Virus record (IMG/VR): IMGVR_UViG_3300044609_000595
Location: 32,001 to 96,000 of that record
Origin: a virus
Reading direction: 5' to 3' (one strand)
Length of the DNA stretch: 64,000 nt
Each line of letters opens with the position of its first letter. The stretch's first letter is position 1. Made by a program: the position numbers and the translations under genes. A model generated the notes under the pieces. It was not told where the DNA came from, did not search any database, and saw only the letters and a list, made by a program, of their open reading frames with translations. Below, in pieces: positions 9,371 to 17,069 of the stretch.

Positions 9371-10115
9371 TTGGTTCTCCTGTTTGGTTTGCTATATCAA
9401 AAGTCCAAATGTCGTATCCTTCCTGTCTAATATAATCGAAAGGAATCCAACAGTATCCGTTGTTTCCCCAAGTAGTTCCAAAACTATTCTTTGCTAAGAA
9501 TAATCTTTTTTCTAAATCATAACCAACCATGCACATAGCATGACCACCAAGACTTTTTTCTTTCCTTCCTGGAAAGTTTACAGTAGAAATACGCTCATTC
9601 AGATCCATAAAACTATCATAAATTTCCATTCCGAATACAACTGGTTTGTTATTATTCAGCACTTGAGTAATATAATAAATGCTAATAAGTTTTTGATACT
9701 TGAGTATTTTTCTTTTTTTAGCATTCGCATAACATTCGTCAGTTGGACGATCATCAAATTTTTCTAAATCATATGGCCATAATGATTCCTCACACACCCC
9801 AAATTTTGCTAACGATTTCAGACCATCTCGTAAAAAGATACCGTTATCTATTTGAATATCTCCATATTCAGCACGGGTGTTGTAATAAATAAACAACCTA
9901 CTGAGGTGGGTGAAGTATTCTGGATACAAACGATTAACACATAATTCATATGCATTTGTAATAGCGTTAGCAGAACAACTGCCTAATGAATCTTGCGATT
10001 CAACATCAGAATCCCACTCACGGAGGTCTACAGATTCTCTGAGAACTTTAGTGCTATCGTTTCTATAAATGTAATCTCTATTATCTTGACGAGATGGTTT
10101 GATATTAAAGTTCAT
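9324..10115 (-). CDS. Papain-like cysteine peptidase (family C1)
   Basis: VDLREW, QDSLGSCSANA (oxyanion Gln and catalytic Cys), SRLFIYYN, GGHAMCMVGY (His), KNSFG (Asn), WGNNGY. Confidence 0.92.
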   Translation of the reverse strand: MNFNIKPSRQDNRDYIYRNDSTKVLRESVDLREWDSDVESQDSLGSCSANAITNAYELCVNRLYPEYFTHLSRLFIYYNTRAEYGDIQIDNGIFLRDGLKSLAKFGVCEESLWPYDLEKFDDRPTDECYANAKKRKILKYQKLISIYYITQVLNNNKPVVFGMEIYDSFMDLNERISTVNFPGRKEKSLGGHAMCMVGYDLEKRLFLAKNSFGTTWGNNGYCWIPFDYIRQEGYDIWTFDIANQTGEPNVLSTILPLLPQEIL

Positions 10116-10124
10116 GATTCTAAA

Positions 10125-10736
10125 TTAGATAATTCTCCATTGACCGCCACGAAATACGACGGATACTGATTGATTAGGTACAGAAATAATGTAAGTGTTT
10201 GCGTTGTCAATCTTTTCAGTTCCAGATGGTTTGATAGTAATCTTTCCAGATCCCTGACCATACTCATCTTTGATTGTATAGACACGACCAGTAACGCCAA
10301 TTGGTAGTGTGATCGTGACTGCTGCTCCACTATAGACACCGATGTATTCATCATCGGCAGTAGCTGTATAAGAACCAGTAACTCCAATGGTAGCAATTAA
10401 ATCTGCACCAGAAGATGATACAGTAATGTTACCAGTAGAACCAGAAAGACTAATACCACTGCCAGCAGTTAAAGAAAGAACACCAGTGTTGGAAATGGTG
10501 AATGATGTATCATTACCTGTAGTAACAACATCAGTCAACTGAATACCATCACCAGAAGAAGGTGTTACTGAGGTGACAGCAACTTCTCCGTTGACGGTAA
10601 CTTGACTGAAAGATACAGAAGCATCTGGAGATACATCTTGTCCTAATGAAATAAATCCATCAAAAACATTAATGAAATCTCCAATTCCAACCACTCCATA
10701 ATCTGTTTTTGATGTAGGTTGTGCTAAGTATGCCAT
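10125..10736 (-). CDS. Fibre-like structural protein with C-terminal phage-fibre-type beta domain
   Basis: GVLSLTAGSGISLS repeat and YTATADDEYIGV...TITLP...GRVYTIKDE...W domain; GGAG RBS. Confidence 0.75.
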   Translation of the reverse strand: MAYLAQPTSKTDYGVVGIGDFINVFDGFISLGQDVSPDASVSFSQVTVNGEVAVTSVTPSSGDGIQLTDVVTTGNDTSFTISNTGVLSLTAGSGISLSGSTGNITVSSSGADLIATIGVTGSYTATADDEYIGVYSGAAVTITLPIGVTGRVYTIKDEYGQGSGKITIKPSGTEKIDNANTYIISVPNQSVSVVFRGGQWRII

Positions 10737-10747
10737 TGTTTACTCCG

Positions 10748-11353
10748 TTAGATGATGTACCAATCTCCACCACGACAAAATAAATTTACCGATTGATAAG
10801 GTACTGTCATTACGTATTTGTCTGTGCCATCGATATAACTACCATCAGAAGTAGTTACAGTTACTTTACGATTTCCTAGTGGCGGACCCATCTCTGCCTT
10901 TACAATGATCTCACAACAGTCGGTACATTCTGAAGGTAACGTAATAGTAACAGGTCCGTCGCTATTGACACCGATGTAGTAATCATCACAAGTAGCAGTA
11001 TAATCAGATGAAACCAAGATGCTTTTGCATTTGCATGAGCACTCTCCTGGTGGTCCCTGCGGTCCTGGTGGACCTTGCTCCCCTGGGGGTCCTGGTATCC
11101 CCTCTCCTGGTGGCCCTGGTGGTCCTGGTGGACCTTGCTCGCCTGGTGGCCCTGGGGGTCCTGGGGGGCATTCATCGGGACAATCATCACCATCAATATT
11201 GATGTTGATATTATCATTACCACCATTGTTAAGTAATTCTGTTATTTCAGAACGAATTGCCTGAATATTACTGAGGAGATTGTTATTACCGCCTCTTTCA
11301 TAATCAGACAACATATTATAAAGATCAATAAGTTTTCTTTCTGCTGAGTCCAT
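10748..11353 (-). CDS. Collagen-like protein (Cys-flanked GPP repeats) with the same C-terminal domain as 10125..10736
   Basis: About 13 G-X-Y triplets (GPP/GEQ) flanked by CPDEC and CSCKC; [13 protein letters not shown]...TITLP...GGDWYII; AAGGAGA RBS. Confidence 0.85.
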   Translation of the reverse strand: MDSAERKLIDLYNMLSDYERGGNNNLLSNIQAIRSEITELLNNGGNDNININIDGDDCPDECPPGPPGPPGEQGPPGPPGPPGEGIPGPPGEQGPPGPQGPPGECSCKCKSILVSSDYTATCDDYYIGVNSDGPVTITLPSECTDCCEIIVKAEMGPPLGNRKVTVTTSDGSYIDGTDKYVMTVPYQSVNLFCRGGDWYII

Positions 11354-11367
11354 AGTTATTCTCCTTT

Positions 11368-11395
11368 AAAAAAAGGGGGGAGATAACTCCCCCTT
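11368..11395 (-). terminator. Intra-operon terminator after the first gene of the cassette
   Basis: Minus strand AAGGGGGAG-TTAT-CTCCCCCC-TTTTTTT, immediately followed by AAAGGAGA RBS of the next gene. Confidence 0.85.
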
Positions 11396-11412
11396 ATAAC
11401 TACTGAACTAAA

Positions 11413-12141
11413 TCAGCGAACGTTGTTGCTGGTTGAAGATTGACCAACACCAGCCATGGTTCCAAAGTTAACCATTCCCTGACGGGTTTCTTGTAATTGG
11501 CTTTGGAAAGCATTCAATTGGGAAGCAACTGAAGCAAATTGTGCATTGTTAGCACTACCTACAGCATCCCAGTAACCGTGGCGAAAGTGATTAACATCGG
11601 TATTGCGCTCAATCAGAAGACGATTAAGCTCGTCATTCTTTAGTGATTGAATAAGAGCACGGGTGGCATCACCTTCGTTGGCGATTTCTCTTGCTAGGTC
11701 ATACTTGCTTTCAGCAACTTCCTTGCTGAGTTGTGATTGACCTAAAGCAATTGCGGTGCCAAGTCTTGCTGACTCAAGAGCAGTAGCAGTAGCAGCCTTC
11801 TCAGTAGAGAGAAGAATCTCTGTGCTGAGTTTTTGAGAAGCGAGGTCAGTCTGTGCTCTGAGAGCAGCAAGGTCACGGGAGTTATCAAAATCTCTTGCTT
11901 GCCCAGCAATAAAAAAGTCAGCAGCTCTTTGCTGAATCTTGTCAGCAGCTTCGTCTACCTTGGTTGATACATTAGCACCAGTAACCAAAACTTCACGATT
12001 AATTGCATCGTTGCCAACAGCAACAGCATACTTGGTCTCACCGAAACCGATTGCTTGTTCTCTACGAATATCGGAATGGTCTACAGTATATTCTCTACGT
12101 AAATCTGACCATGGATCAGAATACATTACTTGATCTGCCAT
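11413..12141 (-). CDS. Alpha-helical/coiled-coil protein of unknown function (242 aa), probable major product of the cassette
   Basis: ATG 12141 preceded by TAAGGAGA (preferred over the TTG at 12291); A/Q/S-rich, no Cys, one Pro. Confidence 0.85.
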   Translation of the reverse strand: MADQVMYSDPWSDLRREYTVDHSDIRREQAIGFGETKYAVAVGNDAINREVLVTGANVSTKVDEAADKIQQRAADFFIAGQARDFDNSRDLAALRAQTDLASQKLSTEILLSTEKAATATALESARLGTAIALGQSQLSKEVAESKYDLAREIANEGDATRALIQSLKNDELNRLLIERNTDVNHFRHGYWDAVGSANNAQFASVASQLNAFQSQLQETRQGMVNFGTMAGVGQSSTSNNVR

Positions 12142-12379
12142 TTGTTTTCTCCTTAAGGAAAAGAATGTGTTTGAATAGAGGAGAAAACGATTCAATCCGT
12201 CCATGACATAATGCCAGACGAATCTATCCAACAGACGACTGTAGGTGAATCGTCTGGGATTACTTCTATTTAAAATTGAATCGTAATTCAATTAGAGGTG
12301 AAGGATTAATGAAAGAGCCATTGCTGGAATCTTTTAGTAATACATCTGGTCTCTAACCGAAGGATCTCTCCCCCACGTT

Positions 12380-12387
12380 TATTTATA
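12380..12387 (-). promoter_or_regulatory. T4-type late promoter TATAAATA driving the minus-strand cassette
   Basis: Plus-strand TATTTATA reads TATAAATA on minus, about 240 nt upstream of ATG 12141. Confidence 0.75.
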
Positions 12388-12425
12388 AAAAATGTTTTGT
12401 CGCCAATCGAACAGTTGATGCCCCC

Positions 12426-12454
12426 TTGACAAACCCGAGAAAGCGGCGTACAAT
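12426..12454 (+). promoter_or_regulatory. Sigma70-type early promoter
   Basis: TTGACA-17 nt-TACAAT. Confidence 0.85.
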
Positions 12455-12476
12455 GTCAGAGTAATTTTTGAAACCT

Positions 12477-13145
12477 ATGGCAACCTACAAAATCTGGGTC
12501 AGCTCTGGCGAAGATTCTTTTGCCAGAACATATTTTAATGAGCTTGGGGCAGTCCAATTAACTCAAGAACAAGTCGATAAGTATTTTACTTTTGACGAAG
12601 ATGGTGGAATTGAATTCGACCAAGACCTTCTCTCGGAAGCAACTGAAAAAGAGTACGATGATCCTGAACGTGATATGCCATCATGGGATACCATTACTGA
12701 TGGGTGTCTCTGTTGGGGTCCTGATGTAGATGACCAGAATATTGGTGTCTGTCTGGAAGAAGATGAGGACACTCAAATCTGGGTCAAACCACTTTCTGCT
12801 TTGACTTATTATACAGCAGAAGATATTGAAAATAATGTTCATGCCGAAGAAGATCCTGGCAATGCTATTGCTTGTATTCGATATGAATTAGAAGATTCGG
12901 ATGGCGTGTGGATTGTTTACAATTCATATGAGCGTGGTAGTTACATTGGTGATTTTGAATTGCCTGATGGGGAAGAATTTGATCCGTCCAAATTAGTTGT
13001 TAATCTCACAGAAGTTGCTGAGTCTTGGACTGTGGTGAGTGGCATTGAATACAACGGGGAAGATATCTATTGCGATGGCGATACCATGGGAAAGGGTATT
13101 GATTGGTATGTTTATTACAAAGGAAACCTTTATAACTTTAAATAA
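12477..13145 (+). CDS. Highly acidic hypothetical protein
   Basis: About a quarter Asp/Glu; ATG 12477 just downstream of the promoter. Confidence 0.8.
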   Translation: MATYKIWVSSGEDSFARTYFNELGAVQLTQEQVDKYFTFDEDGGIEFDQDLLSEATEKEYDDPERDMPSWDTITDGCLCWGPDVDDQNIGVCLEEDEDTQIWVKPLSALTYYTAEDIENNVHAEEDPGNAIACIRYELEDSDGVWIVYNSYERGSYIGDFELPDGEEFDPSKLVVNLTEVAESWTVVSGIEYNGEDIYCDGDTMGKGIDWYVYYKGNLYNFK

Positions 13146-13146
13146 T

Positions 13147-13398
13147 ATGAACATTCACATTTACAAAACAATTGGTTGTGGTTACTGCACCAAGGTTATT
13201 GAACTTATGGAACGAGCAGGTATTCCTTATGACTCGACTCTAGTTGGAACTGACATCACCAGAGAAGAATTCAAAGAACTTTATCCAAGAGCATCTGGAT
13301 TTCCTTATGTGATTGTCGATGATGAACCCATTGGTGGTCTTACTGAAACTGTAAAATTATTTGTTGAAAAAGGCTTAGTAAGTTCGAAAAAGAAATGA
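13147..13398 (+). CDS. nrdC: Glutaredoxin
   Basis: CGYC active site, FPYVIVDDEPIGG; true start MNIHIY at 13147. Confidence 0.9.
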   Translation: MNIHIYKTIGCGYCTKVIELMERAGIPYDSTLVGTDITREEFKELYPRASGFPYVIVDDEPIGGLTETVKLFVEKGLVSSKKK

Positions 13399-13559
13399 GT
13401 AACGATAAAGAAATTGCGATAAATAAAGGTGTGGAGCTAATGCTCAGGAGGGTTAATACTGAACCAAAAACAAATGGTTTTAAGATTAACAAATCTTTTA
13501 CCCTCCACAAAAAACAATTCTTTTTTAATATTGAATTTAGTTGGGGGGACTTAACCTAA
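13395..13559 (+). CDS. Small hypothetical protein (54 aa)
   Basis: Read manually: MSNDKEIAINKGVELMLRR...FSWGDLT*, ATGA overlap with the nrdC stop. Confidence 0.6.
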   Translation: MSNDKEIAINKGVELMLRRVNTEPKTNGFKINKSFTLHKKQFFFNIEFSWGDLT

Positions 13560-13577
13560 GTCACTCGGAGAATTAAA

Positions 13578-13814
13578 ATGGGATCATCAACAATACTATT
13601 TTTTTCAGCTTGTTTTATGGTTCTATTCATGGTGGTAGGAATTATTGCTGGATGGTTTATTAACGACATTGTATATAATTTCTACAATAAGAATAATTCT
13701 CTTCAACTTCATCCTGAAATGTATGATGATGATGGAATTGTTATTAATGAAGAATTATTATCTGTAAGATTCATTGACGAAGAAGAGGAAGAAGAAGAGG
13801 ATGATTATTATTGA
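13578..13814 (+). CDS. Hypothetical membrane protein
   Basis: N-terminal TM helix, HPEMYD motif, acidic tail; GGAG RBS. Confidence 0.75.
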   Translation: MGSSTILFFSACFMVLFMVVGIIAGWFINDIVYNFYNKNNSLQLHPEMYDDDGIVINEELLSVRFIDEEEEEEEDDYY

Positions 13815-14664
13815 CATGAACCAAGTTATGATTAGTAACTTGATGGCTCAAATAAAAAAAGATGAACTGAATGAAAATCTAGTTCGTCATATGGTGTTAA
13901 CAAGTTTGATATCATATGAAAAACAATACAAAAAAGAATACGGGGAAGTAGTTTTAGCATACGACAGTAAACATTACTGGAGGAAAGACTTCTTTCCCTA
14001 TTACAAATACAATAGAAAAAAAGATCGAAAGAGTTCTGGATTAGATTGGCATTCTATCTTTGATGTCTTGAATAAAATTCGTGATGAAATTAAAGAATAC
14101 TTTCCATACAAAGTGTTGGAAGTATTGGGGGCAGAAGCAGATGATGTTATCTCCGTATTGTGCAGACACAAGAAAGCAAAGGAAAAAATATTAATCCTTT
14201 CTGGAGACAAAGATTTTATTCAATTGCATAAGTATCCTGGGATAGTTCAATACAATCCTATTATGAAAAGTTATATATCATCAGATAATCCCTATACTTT
14301 TATTAAAGAACATATTATTAAGGGGGATAAATCGGATGGTATTCCAAATTTTCTTTCGGATGATGATACTTTTGTAACTGAAAAAAGACAAAAACCAATC
14401 AGTCAAAAGAAACTTAATATTTGGGTTGACCAAGATCCGTCTATGTTCTGTAAAACTAAATCAGAAATAGATAACTATCATCGCAATAGAACATTAATTG
14501 ATTTAGATTATATTCCAGAAGAGTTAGAACAAAAAATTCTAGATGAATTTGATGGTCTAAATAGCAATGTTAAACAAGTACCATTAGATTATTTTCGTAA
14601 AAATCAATTGAATGATTTAATGGAAAATTTTTATTTTCGTAGTTCGTCACCATTTAAAAAATGA
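13801..14664 (+). CDS. rnh: T4-like RNase H / 5'-3' exonuclease
   Basis: MIIIDMNQ, YWRKDFFPYYK, EADD, ILSGDKDFIQL, GDKSDGIPN. Confidence 0.93.
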   Translation: MIIIDMNQVMISNLMAQIKKDELNENLVRHMVLTSLISYEKQYKKEYGEVVLAYDSKHYWRKDFFPYYKYNRKKDRKSSGLDWHSIFDVLNKIRDEIKEYFPYKVLEVLGAEADDVISVLCRHKKAKEKILILSGDKDFIQLHKYPGIVQYNPIMKSYISSDNPYTFIKEHIIKGDKSDGIPNFLSDDDTFVTEKRQKPISQKKLNIWVDQDPSMFCKTKSEIDNYHRNRTLIDLDYIPEELEQKILDEFDGLNSNVKQVPLDYFRKNQLNDLMENFYFRSSSPFKK

Positions 14665-15092
14665 AACTGTTAATTTCAGAAGTGCTCCAAAAAGTGAGCA
14701 ACGCAAAAACTAAAGCTGAAAAAATTAAAATTCTTCAGCAACATAATACGAATGCTCTTCGTGCTATTCTAATTGCAAACTATGATGAAAGTGTAGTTTC
14801 TATGCTGCCTGAAGGTGAAGTTCCTTTTACTCCAAACGATGCTCCTAAAGGTACAGAGCATACTGTATTAGAACAAGAATACCGTAAGCTATATCTTTTC
14901 TTTAAGGGTGGTTCTAGTATTAATCAAACCACTCGTGAGAATCTATTCATTCAAATGCTTGAAGGTCTGCAGGAAGAAGAAGCAGAGCTACTTGTTCTTG
15001 TGAAAGATAAAGGTCTCCAGAAAAAATATAAACTCACTAAAGCTTGTGTAGAGGAAGCTTTCCCACAAATTCAGTGGGGAGGAAGGGCTTAA
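14661..15092 (+). CDS. Conserved T4-like phage hypothetical protein
   Basis: LISEVLQKVS...LPEGEVPF...RENLFIQMLEGL, in the usual position after rnh. Confidence 0.8.
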   Translation: MKLLISEVLQKVSNAKTKAEKIKILQQHNTNALRAILIANYDESVVSMLPEGEVPFTPNDAPKGTEHTVLEQEYRKLYLFFKGGSSINQTTRENLFIQMLEGLQEEEAELLVLVKDKGLQKKYKLTKACVEEAFPQIQWGGRA

Positions 15093-15346
15093 TGCGGATT
15101 CTTCATCAAAATTGTGATCCTGAATTAGCAAAAGATAGAGGTTTACCTTACACTGCTTATCTTGTAGAGTATGAAATTGATGGAGCGATTGCATACGATA
15201 TAGTTATCCCAGAAAAACAATTAGAAATTTTTGATTTTTATTGGGATAGATATAGAGAAGGTCTTAAAGGTTGGAAACAATCCGAAGGCAGAGTCAATCC
15301 AAAACTTTGGGGAAATAAACCTAAGGAAGAAAAGAAGAGGCGCTAA
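15092..15346 (+). CDS. Hypothetical protein
   Basis: MRILHQNCDP...GRVNPKLWG; ATG overlaps the previous stop. Confidence 0.7.
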   Translation: MRILHQNCDPELAKDRGLPYTAYLVEYEIDGAIAYDIVIPEKQLEIFDFYWDRYREGLKGWKQSEGRVNPKLWGNKPKEEKKRR

Positions 15347-15594
15347 TGGAAAGTAGTACTAAGAATACATTTTGTATTCAATATTGGAAAGTATTGGAAC
15401 CAAAAGATGTAAGAGTCCTGAAAAGGATTACTAAAAATGGTAAACCAATATCCACAAAAAAATATTCTGAAGTATTCTTTTATAGTAATTTAAAAGATGC
15501 TATCCCAGATGCCAGACATTTAATGGAAAATGGGTATGATATTAAAATCAGAAAATGTTGCCTAGGCACTAACGATAATTTTTGGCTGATGTAA
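15346..15594 (+). CDS. Hypothetical protein
   Basis: 82-aa ORF, translationally coupled. Confidence 0.65.
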   Translation: MESSTKNTFCIQYWKVLEPKDVRVLKRITKNGKPISTKKYSEVFFYSNLKDAIPDARHLMENGYDIKIRKCCLGTNDNFWLM

Positions 15595-15921
15595 ATGGGA
15601 AAGCATTACTTATTAAACTTATACGGATGCTCGTTGTCTTTACTTGACAACGAGTTTTTTCTCTGTGATCTACTAGAGAACGCTGCTGAAGCATGTGGCG
15701 CTCATGTATTACAAACAATGTCACATCAATTTAAACCGCAGGGTGTAACAGCAATTTGTTTGTTATCTGAAAGTCATATTAGTATTCATACGTGGCCAGA
15801 GAAAGGGGAAGCAGCAGTCGATGTATTTACTTGCGGTGAATCAGAACCAAAGATTGCTTGTGACATTATCATTGAACAACTCAAAGCAATGGATTATACC
15901 TTAGAATATATTGATCGATAG
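15595..15921 (+). CDS. speD: S-adenosylmethionine decarboxylase proenzyme
   Basis: GKH, FKPQGVT, LSESHISIHTWPE (pyruvoyl cleavage site), DVFTCG. Confidence 0.95.
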   Translation: MGKHYLLNLYGCSLSLLDNEFFLCDLLENAAEACGAHVLQTMSHQFKPQGVTAICLLSESHISIHTWPEKGEAAVDVFTCGESEPKIACDIIIEQLKAMDYTLEYIDR

Positions 15922-15927
15922 CTACAT

Positions 15928-15961
15928 GGGGGTTGACACCCCCCTTTTTTTGTGTTATGAT
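15928..15961 (+). promoter_or_regulatory. Terminator hairpin whose loop is the -35 box of a sigma70 promoter
   Basis: GGGGG-TTGACA-CCCCC(C) then T7; TTGACA-17-TATGAT. Confidence 0.8.
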
Positions 15962-15984
15962 ATGGACAAATCTGCTGAGATTCT

Positions 15985-16287
15985 ATGGCATCTTTAAAGC
16001 GGGCTACTAAAATGCTTACTAAAGCATTAGATAACCCAGTATACACACATGATCAACACGTTGAAATTCTCAAGCGTCGTCATGAAATTAAGAAACTACG
16101 TCAAAACCTACAAAACTATGAGCGAGCAACCCGTGGATTTGGATACAACATCGACCCAACTATCTTTGAACAATCAGTCAGTGAAGTTAGTGACAGTGAC
16201 TCCGAAAGCGGAGGAAGCGATGGCGTATATTGCGAGGGTGAGCAACCCGAACAACCAGGAGAACCCGAAGATTTCGGGGCTGCTTAA
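15985..16287 (+). CDS. Hypothetical protein overlapping the thyX 5' end
   Basis: First ATG after the promoter; helical N-terminus ending ...TRGFG. Confidence 0.6.
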   Translation: MASLKRATKMLTKALDNPVYTHDQHVEILKRRHEIKKLRQNLQNYERATRGFGYNIDPTIFEQSVSEVSDSDSESGGSDGVYCEGEQPEQPGEPEDFGAA

Positions 16288-16810
16288 GTATTGTATTGAA
16301 CATGGTCACTGGAGTGTCTTTGAACAGGCACACATGACCCTAGAGATTAATACTACTCGTGGTCTGGCAGCTCAAATTTTGCGCCACCGTTCGTTCACAT
16401 ATCAGGAATTTTCACAACGATATGCTGACACTAATCTTCTGACTGAAGAGATTCCTTTGCCAGAACTTCGTCGTCAAGATACCAAGAATCGTCAGAACTC
16501 TATTGATGATCTTGATCCTGAACTTGTGATTGCTTTCCAGCGACGAATGAAAATGTTGTTTGCTGAAGCCCAAGAACTATATGATGATATGCTTGGTGCT
16601 GGTGTTGCTAAAGAGTGTGCTAGATTTGTACTGCCACTCGCTGTTCCCACAAGAATTTACATGACAGGATCTGTAAGGTCGTGGGTACACTACATAGAAT
16701 TACGCTCAGCAAATGGTACTCAAAAAGAGCACATGGAAATTGCTGAGATGTGTAAAGAAATTTTCTCTACACAATTCCCGACTGTCGCCCAAGCTTTGGA
16801 GTGGAACTGA
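16118..16810 (+). CDS. thyX: Flavin-dependent thymidylate synthase
   Basis: HWSVFE, QILRHRSFTYQEFSQRY, KECARFVLP, TQKEH; start uncertain (16118 ATG or 16181 GTG). Confidence 0.95.
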   Translation: MSEQPVDLDTTSTQLSLNNQSVKLVTVTPKAEEAMAYIARVSNPNNQENPKISGLLKYCIEHGHWSVFEQAHMTLEINTTRGLAAQILRHRSFTYQEFSQRYADTNLLTEEIPLPELRRQDTKNRQNSIDDLDPELVIAFQRRMKMLFAEAQELYDDMLGAGVAKECARFVLPLAVPTRIYMTGSVRSWVHYIELRSANGTQKEHMEIAEMCKEIFSTQFPTVAQALEWN

Positions 16811-17052
16811 TGCCTACTTACCCCGTAATTCATAAAGAAACTGGAGAAACCCAGGAACTCTACCTGTCAATGAAAGAGTATGACCAATGGAAAAAAGACA
16901 ATCCCGATTGGGATAAAGACTGGTCTAAAGGTTGTGCTGGAGTAGGTGAAGTTGGAGACTGGAAAGATAAGATGAATAAAACTCACCCTGGCTGGGCTGA
17001 TATTATGAAGAACAAGGTAGCGAAAGCTCCTGGTTCCCGTGTCAACTGGTAA
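16810..17052 (+). CDS. Conserved cyanophage hypothetical protein
   Basis: MPTYPVIHKETGE...GVGEVGDW...APGS. Confidence 0.75.
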   Translation: MPTYPVIHKETGETQELYLSMKEYDQWKKDNPDWDKDWSKGCAGVGEVGDWKDKMNKTHPGWADIMKNKVAKAPGSRVNW

Positions 17053-17069
17053 TTTTACAATAAACAATT

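Noticed and set aside
11008-11264. Plus-strand Gly/Pro-rich ORFs (GGPGGP...)
   Set aside because: Antisense mirror of the collagen repeat
12142-12291. 50-aa N-terminal extension of the 292-aa ORF
   Set aside because: TTG start without RBS, whereas ATG 12141 has TAAGGAGA; the region is better explained as a structured leader
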